DNA of 53,420 nt, taken from positions 1-53,420 of the forward strand of contig JACPFP010000001.1 of assembly GCA_016182915.1 (NCBI GenBank), read 5' to 3'. The position numbers and the translations under genes were made by a program. Below, one piece after another: positions 37,429 through 44,947 of this stretch. The first letter of the stretch is position 1; each line of letters opens with the position of its first letter. The stretch comes from Candidatus Dojkabacteria bacterium. GTDB taxonomy: Bacteria; Patescibacteriota; Dojkabacteria; SC72. The notes under the pieces are model-generated. The model was given only the letters and a program-made list of their open reading frames with translations, made no database searches and was not told the origin of the DNA.

Positions 37429-37880
37429 AAATATATGTAGTATTAGACAATATAAGGTCGGCATACAATGTAGGAAGTATATTTAGAACCTGTGATGGGG
37501 CAGGGGATTGTGAAGTAATTATATGCGGGATATCTCCAACTCCTGAACACAGTAAGGTTGAGAAAACATCATTGGGTTCAACAAAGACAGTACCCTGGAG
37601 ATACTTCAAAACCACAGATGAGGCAGCCACATACCTTATGGAGAAAGGGGTTCCTATATACAGTATCGAGGTTACAGATAAGGCAGAACGATATACAGAA
37701 GTAGAATATCCACAAGAAGTTGCAATAGTACTAGGACATGAAACTGAGGGTGTGAATCGACACATCCTTGATAGTAGCGATAAACATATTATAGTGCCTA
37801 TGAATGGGAAGAAAGAGTCCTTGAATGTTGCTACGGTTGCAGGTATTGTTATATATGAAATAATTAAGCACAAAAACTAA
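37425..37880 (+). CDS. SpoU/TrmH-family RNA 2'-O-methyltransferase (TrmL-sized)
   Basis: 151 aa. NIRSAYNVGSIFRTCDGAG, LGHETEGV and LNVATVAGIVIYE. ATGA overlap with recG. Confidence 0.75.
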   Translation: MKIYVVLDNIRSAYNVGSIFRTCDGAGDCEVIICGISPTPEHSKVEKTSLGSTKTVPWRYFKTTDEAATYLMEKGVPIYSIEVTDKAERYTEVEYPQEVAIVLGHETEGVNRHILDSSDKHIIVPMNGKKESLNVATVAGIVIYEIIKHKN

Positions 37881-37882
37881 TT

Positions 37883-38938
37883 ATGATTAGAGTTGAAACA
37901 ATTACAGATAAAACGATTTGGGACAGTATTGCCGCCAACTCATCCCCCTCAACAATACTACAATCATGGGATTGGGGAGAGTTTCAACTTGCATATGGTC
38001 GTAAAATATGGAGACTAGGGGTATATGATAACGATACGCTTGTAGGTGTAGCCCTCACCCAACTTATTCCCACAAGATTAAGAACCCATCTCTATGTATC
38101 AAACGGCCCTGTTATTGAAAGATCAAAAATTAAAACATACCTCCCCCAGCTACTTGGCTATCTTAAGGCTTTGGCAATACAAGAGAAAGTCCACTTTGTA
38201 AGGATTGATCCTATGTACACCGAAGACGAGCAAACCCTATCCGAGCTAAAAGTGATGGGCTTGAAAGTATCCAAGACATTTACACAATCAGAAAATAAGT
38301 GGCTCCTTGATGTTACAGCAACCGAAGAGGAACTCCTTATGAATATGAGAAAAAGTACTAGATATGAGGTCAAAAGAGCAGAGAAAGAAGGAGTTAAAGT
38401 ATACTGGTCAGATAAAAAAGAGGACTATGATAAATTTGAAAAGCTCTTCCTCATAACTGCTAAGAGGCAAGACTTCATACCTCATCCTCTTGAATACTAC
38501 AGAAAGCAGTTTGAGGTTCTATCCAAGGGTGGGGTATTTAGAGCATATGTGGCACAAAAAGACGGACAAACCCTTGCAACCGCATTAATCTCATTCTATG
38601 GGGATACAGCTTCCTATTTACACGCCGCAAGCCTAAGTAATAGCGAGGTTAATAAATATAATGCACCTCCTGCTCTAGTGTGGCAGGCAATTAAAGATAC
38701 AAAGTCAATGGGTATGAAATACTTTGATTTTTGGGGAATTGCATTAACTGACGATCCAAAGCATCCCTGGGCCGGATTTACAAGATTCAAAAAAGGGTTC
38801 GGCGGCTTTCTACATAAGGTAATAAGAGCCCATGATATTCCAATCTCTTCGAGATATGCACTAATAGCCATATTAGACGCCACACGAGAGGTCTGGGGAA
38901 TATGGTATTACAAGTTGTTAAAACTTTTTAAAAAGTAG
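37883..38938 (+). CDS. FemAB-family peptidoglycan bridge-forming aminoacyltransferase
   Basis: 351 aa. FemAB-like pattern including YLHAASLSN...YNAPPALVWQAIKDTKSMGMKYFDFWGI. Confidence 0.75.
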   Translation: MIRVETITDKTIWDSIAANSSPSTILQSWDWGEFQLAYGRKIWRLGVYDNDTLVGVALTQLIPTRLRTHLYVSNGPVIERSKIKTYLPQLLGYLKALAIQEKVHFVRIDPMYTEDEQTLSELKVMGLKVSKTFTQSENKWLLDVTATEEELLMNMRKSTRYEVKRAEKEGVKVYWSDKKEDYDKFEKLFLITAKRQDFIPHPLEYYRKQFEVLSKGGVFRAYVAQKDGQTLATALISFYGDTASYLHAASLSNSEVNKYNAPPALVWQAIKDTKSMGMKYFDFWGIALTDDPKHPWAGFTRFKKGFGGFLHKVIRAHDIPISSRYALIAILDATREVWGIWYYKLLKLFKK

Positions 38939-38954
38939 CTTGTAGCAATATCTT

Positions 38955-38983
38955 TTGACATCTTCCACACCTGCCTATATCAT
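38955..38983 (+). promoter_or_regulatory. Sigma70-type promoter of the giant-protein locus, spaced for a leaderless start
   Basis: TTGACA (38955-38960), a 17-nt spacer, then TATCAT (38978-38983), then 6 nt to ATG 38990. Confidence 0.5.
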
Positions 38984-38989
38984 GTAATT

Positions 38990-41900
38990 ATGGTTAAAAG
39001 TCCATCTCTCCAAAGAGAAAGATTTAACAATTCAATAAGGAGATTTCTATTCATTTTTTTGGCATTAACTCCCTTCTTTGCCTATGTAATATATACTGCT
39101 ATTACCAATCCTGTTCCTAAATTCTCGTCAACTCCAACTACCTCAAGCTATATATATGAAGCGTCAAATGATCTATTTAAGGCAAAAGTTGGAAAGAGAG
39201 AGAATGGGAAACCCGATGTTCAGTTCATGTTCAATGATAATTACATTGGTTTCAGTTACCTCTCTGACTCAGCAAAAAAAGTCCAAAGCGAGAGTAGTAA
39301 CCGGCAGATACTTTTCAAGAATGTAGATAAACATATTGACCTTGAATATACGACCTTAGAAAATGGTTTGAAGGAGAACATTATAATCCGAAAACCTCAG
39401 AAGAAAACAACCTTCTATTTTGAAACTATTCTTAATGGAAATACAGTTAAAAAGCATTACCAAGACTCTGGTAGCCCTTCTTTTTATACCCCCAACGGAA
39501 ATTACCTCTTCCACATTCCCAAAGGCTTTGCTGTTGATGCAAGAGGAAAAAGGACAGATGATGTAACAATTGATGTTCTTAAACACGGAGAAAAATACTA
39601 CTTAAGAGTCACTGTCGGAAAAGAGTGGTTAAACAGTAAAAGTAGGAAGTATCCAATAAAAATAGACCCAACAACTATACATGACACTACATCAGAGTTT
39701 TCAACAGGACAGTTTAACAGCTCAAAAGATACTGGATCCGGATCAAATCCGAAGATCGAAACATACTATCAAGAAAGTACGAATGATCCGTCAACTATTG
39801 GCCTTTGGCATATGAACGAGTCTTCAGGGACCTCAATAACAGATTTCTCTGGGAAAGGAAATACAGGTACAGCAACAGGGACAACTGTAGTGGCAGGGAT
39901 ATTAGGCAACGCTCGAAGCTTTAACGGAACAACAGACAAAATAAATGTCGCTTCCGATCTGGGAGATCCAGATGCAATGACAATCTCTTTCTGGTTCAAT
40001 AAATCAAATACAAATGCGGGGGCCCAGTACATTGCAGACGGGAGGAACGGAGGTAACTGGTGGCTTATCCAGGACTACGACCTTGGAACATACTGCAGTA
40101 CAGATACGGGTGGTAATATGTGCTATGACAACAGATGCATGATTCCCTCCAGTATGCTAAAGATCAATACCTGGCAACACGTAACTGTAACAGATGAGCC
40201 ATCAGGCTGTAGGATATACCTTAATGGCAATTTAGTTGATACGGGAACAGGAGTTGATCCAAACATAGGAGCAAATATGAGGATAGGAACCCGCTACACT
40301 GATACCGTCTTTTATAACGGCTACCTTGATGAATTTGTAGTTCATAACAGGACACTTTCACCTATAGAAATAAAACGAAATGCAGAAAGGAACCCATATT
40401 CAACCTACACATCAGACGTAATCGACCTCACAACTTTCGTAACGGGATGGAACCCTATGACCTGGAGTGAACTAGGTGTAAGTACTGGTGATGGTGAAAG
40501 TGTAAGTGACAACACTTCACTTGTTTCCCAATGGAATTTTAACCAAACAAGTGGAACAACGGCAAGTAACAATGCAGGATCCTGTGGTGCAACATGTAAT
40601 GGGACACTAACAAGTTTTGCAAGTACTGGAAGCCAAGATGCAGCTCCCGATACCGGATGGACCGCAAACAATAAACGGTGGGGAGAAGGAGCATTAATGT
40701 TTGACGGCGTAGATGACAATGTTTCAGCAGGAACGGCTTCTGCCTTACGCTTCACAGGGGATTTTAGTCTTGAAGCATGGGTTAAAACTTCAGCAGACAC
40801 GGTAGGGCAAATACTTTCAAACGGGACCAATTCAGACTGGTTATACCTTCTAGGAGGATCTACTTCATTAAGCCCTACATGTAAAATATATCAAGCAAAT
40901 TCCGGAAGCGGATACCTTCAGGCAAACGGAAAAACTGATATTACGGATAATAACTGGCACTATGTAGCCTGCACACTATCTGGGACAACGCTATCCATAT
41001 ATGTTGATGGTGTACTTGAAGATACAACATCTACAACAGCAGGAACAAGAGACATTAGCACTGCCGGTACTTTCACAATTGGGAAATTTACCAATGCTAC
41101 CAGTTCATACTTCCAAGGCTCAATAGATTCAGTCCGTACTTATAGCCGTTCTCTCACAGCAGATGAAATCCTTTCAAATTACAATTCTTCAAACTTAGAA
41201 CTACAGACAAGAGTAGGATCTGACAGTACCCCAGATGATGCCAACTGGGAAGCATGGAAACCTACAACAGGAGAAAGTACTATTGATGGGTTCGATACGC
41301 CACTTTCAAGTAACCTTGTTAGCTATTGGAATATGGACGAAAGCAGTGGAACAAGGTCTGACAAATGGGGAACTAGAAACTTAACTGCGAATGGAACCGG
41401 AGGAGTAGGATCCTCAACGGGAAAAATTAACATGGCCTCAGATTTTGAATCAACCGAAAGTGATTTTCTTGAGGTTGCTGATAACACAGAACTTTCAACT
41501 GGAGACATAGACTTTACCATCTCTACCTGGGTAAAAATGGAAAGTAAACCGACGGGTTACGAGATTATAGCAAGCAAGTATGAGTCCTTTACAGTTGCAG
41601 AATATCTCCTAGGATATACCGGATCGAGTGCTAGTGATCGCTTCTATTTCCAGCTTTTTAATAGTAGTGGAGGTGCCACATGTAGTGTAGAAGCAAATAA
41701 TTTAGGTTCTCCCTCCGCTGCGACTTGGTATAACATTGTTGTATGGCACGATGCAACCGAAAATACTTGTAACATAAAGGTCAATAACGGTACAACGAAC
41801 TCTTCAGCTGAAGCTGGTGTAGTAACAGATACCAATTCAGCTTTCAGACTTGGGGCATATATTGCAGGAGGATATAACCATTTCGATGGACTCATTGATG

Positions 41901-44900
41901 AAGTGGGGTTTTGGAAAAGCGTGCTCAATTCAAACCAGTTATCAGCTCTATATGGTTCTGGATCACCCAGAAATACTCTTTATGAAACCGATATCACAAA
42001 CCTTAGTCAGCACGGAGGGATTAAACCTTCACCTGAATCTACTGTTGTACAGGAAAACTCAGCAAGCACAAAATATACAACGGGTCGATTAGGAGTGGAT
42101 AAATCAACAGTTGGTTTATGGCATTTGGATGAAACAGGGGGAACAGGAGCATACATAAAAGATAGCTCTGGTATATCTACCCTCCCATCGGCGACAGGCG
42201 GAACCATTACGACATCGGGTGGATACACGATTCACACATTTACGACGAGTGGAACATTCACTCCAAATGGAATAGGGTCAGTCGAAGTTCTAGTAGTTGG
42301 CGGTGGTGGTGGAGGTGGTTGGAGAGGTGGAGGAGGGGCTGGAGGAGTGTCATACTATCCTTCATATCTTCTCAACTCTGCATCACCAATAAGTGTGACC
42401 GTTGGCGGTGGTGGAACAGGCGATAGTGCTAACGGAGGAGGGAGAGGGACGAATGGTGGGAACTCAATATTTGATGCCATAACCGCTATTGGTGGTGGTG
42501 GTGGTGGTGGAAGCAACCTAACAGGTTTAGCTGGTGGTTCAGGTGGTGGTGGTGGTATTAATGCTTCCCAAACTGGTCCATTTAACGGTGGAGCGGGCAC
42601 AATTGGTCAAGGTAATGCAGGTGGTAATATAGTTGCTACGGCCGCAGGTCAAAGTAACGGTGGAGGTGGTGGTGGTGCAAATGCAACTGGTAGTAACTCT
42701 GCTAGTGCAACAGTTGGAGGAGCAGGTGGAAGTGGTCGCACCTTCTCGATATCTGGTGCCTCTGTAACTTATGGAGGTGGCGGTGGTGGTGGTGGTTCAG
42801 CTTCGGGGGGAAGTGGGGGAGCGGGAGGTGGAGCAAATGGTAATAGCGGTGCTGCAGCGGGTGCAAATACAGGCGGTGGTGGTGGTGGTGGTACCCTCAA
42901 TGTAGCTGGTGGAAGCGGAGGTTCTGGTATTGTGATAGTTCGTTATCCTACGACTCCAGTTACCATCGCTAACAATGCGACACCAACCAATACAACTCTT
43001 TCGCAGGGTGTTATTGAAAAATCCCGAACTTTCACAGCAAGTGCCGACAATCTCGCAACAGCTTCAACAAGTCTTGGACTTACAAATGCCTTAACTGTTG
43101 AAGCCTGGGTCTATCCAACAGGAACTGATTCGAGCTGGAACTGGATTGTTTCTCAATGGCCAAATCCAAATGGTGCGAATGCTGTCTTTAACTTAAGCTA
43201 TAGCACCACTTATAAGTTACATTTCAATGTCCAAAATTGTAGTACCTCTTTACATAATCTAACAGGAACCACTTCGCTAAAGCTTAACTCATGGAATTAT
43301 GTGGCAGCCTCCTATAATGGTACAGATGGAAATATAACGTTATATGTAAATGGAGTCCAAGATTCCTCCACCAATGGAACGGCAGGAACAGTTTGTAATG
43401 CTTCCCAGCCAATAATGTTTGGGAAGGCACCATTTGATGCAGTAGAGAGTCTCAAAGGTAGAATTGATGAAGTTCGTATTAGTAGTGCAGTTCGAAGCGC
43501 TGAAGAAATAGCTGAAAGCTATAGAAAGGGACAGAACCATTACATAAATAAAACAATAAGTAGTACAGATATGGCTTCAAAAGGTTCCTTCCCTTTCTAT
43601 ATTGCGGCAGATAGACCCGGTACATATATAGAATCTATAATAGGAGAATCAGCCTTTGCAAACTACCAAGCAGATGCAAACACCCTATCCCTACTGCATT
43701 TAGACGACTATAGATACAAAGATAGCAGTGGAACTGGTCTTAATGGGCTAAGTAACTATAATGGGATTGAGTACGGGATTAGAAGTTCAAACCTAACTAT
43801 CATTGCAAACCAGTGGAACGGAGCTGCTAACGATGGAGAACTCGATATTACATGTACAGGTGGAGATGCCACATGTGCGATAGTAACACATGATGGTGTA
43901 ACTCTTTCAACTCCCTCTATTAATTTCGGTGTGGCAATGATTGAGAACGCAGCAATTTCTGCTTTCATAATGTATTCACCGTCCCTTTCAGGGCAAGGGA
44001 TAACCCCTTATGCAAATAACAGTAACAACTATATTGGAGTGAGATATAGTGGAGGAGTATGGCAGTATGACAATAACGTTTCCTGGGTTACATTTACACC
44101 GACATCAGCAAATATCCTAGTTGCATCACTAACGACAGGCAACCCAACTACTACAAACCTACTCCAATTAGATACACACTCCATACCTACACAAGGAACA
44201 GTAGGAAAGGGAAGAAGTTTTGATGGAACAAATGATGAAATAGTGTTGGCGGGTTCGTCAACACTATTTTCAACTGATACGTACACTACCAGCGCATGGA
44301 TATACCCAACGGTTACAGGATCAGCAAATCACTTCATTTTAGACAATAGAGATGCTTCATTAGATGGGACTATTATGTATATATCATCTAATGACACTTT
44401 AAGATGTACATACAACACAACTAGTGCGACAACCACCCTCGTAGTAACAGTTAAGCAATGGTACTATATAACATGTGTTTCGACAGGCTCCACACTTAAT
44501 ACCTATATAAATGGATCCTTAGCCAATTCTGTCGCAATATCTGGAAGTATTTCAGTTACAAGTGATGCCAAGATAGGAATACGTAGCTTTAGCACACCAA
44601 CAAGCCCCTTTAGTGGAATCATAGATGAGTTCAGATTCGATAATATAGCTCGCAGTGCCTCTGAAGTCAGACAAGCATACGAAGCTGGTCTAAGAGCACA
44701 TCAAATAACTATAGACTTTGGTGCCAAACTAGATAGTGGAAACCTAATTGCAAATACCAGTGATCTCTCCTTCACTGTAGATGCTACATACTACGGTCTA
44801 CAAAACAAAGGAGATAAAATATTCTCTGGAGAGAAGATTATCATTAGAGAGAACTACAATGGAACAGAATACAAGGCTCAAGGAACTGTAACAGCTGTAA

Positions 44901-44947
44901 ACAAGAGTACTGGTGCTATAACCGTATCCTCATGGGACACACTGTGA
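38990..44947 (+). CDS. Giant (1985 aa) N-terminally membrane-anchored surface protein: multiple LamG/concanavalin-like modules plus a central glycine-rich module
   Basis: TM segment FLFIFLALTPFFAYVIYTAI. Repeated modules start with (L)WH(M/L)(N/D)E.SG...D.SG.GN.GT and end with G.IDE(V/F)R. These strings are typical of Laminin_G_3-type modules. The Gly-rich block lies at 42191-42949. Confidence 0.85.
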   Translation: MVKSPSLQRERFNNSIRRFLFIFLALTPFFAYVIYTAITNPVPKFSSTPTTSSYIYEASNDLFKAKVGKRENGKPDVQFMFNDNYIGFSYLSDSAKKVQSESSNRQILFKNVDKHIDLEYTTLENGLKENIIIRKPQKKTTFYFETILNGNTVKKHYQDSGSPSFYTPNGNYLFHIPKGFAVDARGKRTDDVTIDVLKHGEKYYLRVTVGKEWLNSKSRKYPIKIDPTTIHDTTSEFSTGQFNSSKDTGSGSNPKIETYYQESTNDPSTIGLWHMNESSGTSITDFSGKGNTGTATGTTVVAGILGNARSFNGTTDKINVASDLGDPDAMTISFWFNKSNTNAGAQYIADGRNGGNWWLIQDYDLGTYCSTDTGGNMCYDNRCMIPSSMLKINTWQHVTVTDEPSGCRIYLNGNLVDTGTGVDPNIGANMRIGTRYTDTVFYNGYLDEFVVHNRTLSPIEIKRNAERNPYSTYTSDVIDLTTFVTGWNPMTWSELGVSTGDGESVSDNTSLVSQWNFNQTSGTTASNNAGSCGATCNGTLTSFASTGSQDAAPDTGWTANNKRWGEGALMFDGVDDNVSAGTASALRFTGDFSLEAWVKTSADTVGQILSNGTNSDWLYLLGGSTSLSPTCKIYQANSGSGYLQANGKTDITDNNWHYVACTLSGTTLSIYVDGVLEDTTSTTAGTRDISTAGTFTIGKFTNATSSYFQGSIDSVRTYSRSLTADEILSNYNSSNLELQTRVGSDSTPDDANWEAWKPTTGESTIDGFDTPLSSNLVSYWNMDESSGTRSDKWGTRNLTANGTGGVGSSTGKINMASDFESTESDFLEVADNTELSTGDIDFTISTWVKMESKPTGYEIIASKYESFTVAEYLLGYTGSSASDRFYFQLFNSSGGATCSVEANNLGSPSAATWYNIVVWHDATENTCNIKVNNGTTNSSAEAGVVTDTNSAFRLGAYIAGGYNHFDGLIDEVGFWKSVLNSNQLSALYGSGSPRNTLYETDITNLSQHGGIKPSPESTVVQENSASTKYTTGRLGVDKSTVGLWHLDETGGTGAYIKDSSGISTLPSATGGTITTSGGYTIHTFTTSGTFTPNGIGSVEVLVVGGGGGGGWRGGGGAGGVSYYPSYLLNSASPISVTVGGGGTGDSANGGGRGTNGGNSIFDAITAIGGGGGGGSNLTGLAGGSGGGGGINASQTGPFNGGAGTIGQGNAGGNIVATAAGQSNGGGGGGANATGSNSASATVGGAGGSGRTFSISGASVTYGGGGGGGGSASGGSGGAGGGANGNSGAAAGANTGGGGGGGTLNVAGGSGGSGIVIVRYPTTPVTIANNATPTNTTLSQGVIEKSRTFTASADNLATASTSLGLTNALTVEAWVYPTGTDSSWNWIVSQWPNPNGANAVFNLSYSTTYKLHFNVQNCSTSLHNLTGTTSLKLNSWNYVAASYNGTDGNITLYVNGVQDSSTNGTAGTVCNASQPIMFGKAPFDAVESLKGRIDEVRISSAVRSAEEIAESYRKGQNHYINKTISSTDMASKGSFPFYIAADRPGTYIESIIGESAFANYQADANTLSLLHLDDYRYKDSSGTGLNGLSNYNGIEYGIRSSNLTIIANQWNGAANDGELDITCTGGDATCAIVTHDGVTLSTPSINFGVAMIENAAISAFIMYSPSLSGQGITPYANNSNNYIGVRYSGGVWQYDNNVSWVTFTPTSANILVASLTTGNPTTTNLLQLDTHSIPTQGTVGKGRSFDGTNDEIVLAGSSTLFSTDTYTTSAWIYPTVTGSANHFILDNRDASLDGTIMYISSNDTLRCTYNTTSATTTLVVTVKQWYYITCVSTGSTLNTYINGSLANSVAISGSISVTSDAKIGIRSFSTPTSPFSGIIDEFRFDNIARSASEVRQAYEAGLRAHQITIDFGAKLDSGNLIANTSDLSFTVDATYYGLQNKGDKIFSGEKIIIRENYNGTEYKAQGTVTAVNKSTGAITVSSWDTL
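42191..42949 (+). other. Glycine-rich module, copy 1 (within the giant ORF)
   Basis: GGTITTSGGYTIHTFTTSGTFTPNG..VEVLVVGGGGGGGW, then multiple poly-Gly strands, ending GGSGGSGIVIVRYP. Runs of GGT codons occur, for example at 42491-42505 and 42875-42892. Confidence 0.7.
44641..44938 (+). repeat. Conserved 3' module shared by the two giant ORFs (copy 1)
   Basis: Aligns without gaps to 53123-53420 (offset 8482). About 20 differences in 44641-44797, then zero differences in 44798-44938 (141 nt), by hand comparison. Confidence 0.85.

Noticed and set aside
37421-37873. 150-aa minus-strand ORF that mirrors the SpoU/TrmH gene almost end to end.
   Set aside because: The plus-strand product has clear SpoU motifs. 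The antisense product is Cys/Ser/Ile-rich with no motif, so it is a shadow ORF typical of AT-rich coding DNA.
42355-42600. Pro-rich minus-strand ORF. The similar His-rich, Val-rich and Thr-rich ORFs at 52213-52482, 52414-52626, 52487-52813 and 52509-52715 belong with it.
   Set aside because: These are off-frame or antisense readings of the GGT/GGA-rich glycine module. Their homopolymer-like composition is exactly what Gly codon runs give in other frames.
44848-44947. Canonical -1 programmed frameshift site at the ORF1/ORF2 junction.
   Set aside because: Reading the zero-frame codons across the dual-open stretch, I found no X-XXY-YYZ slippery heptamer. Recoding is therefore left as an open possibility only.
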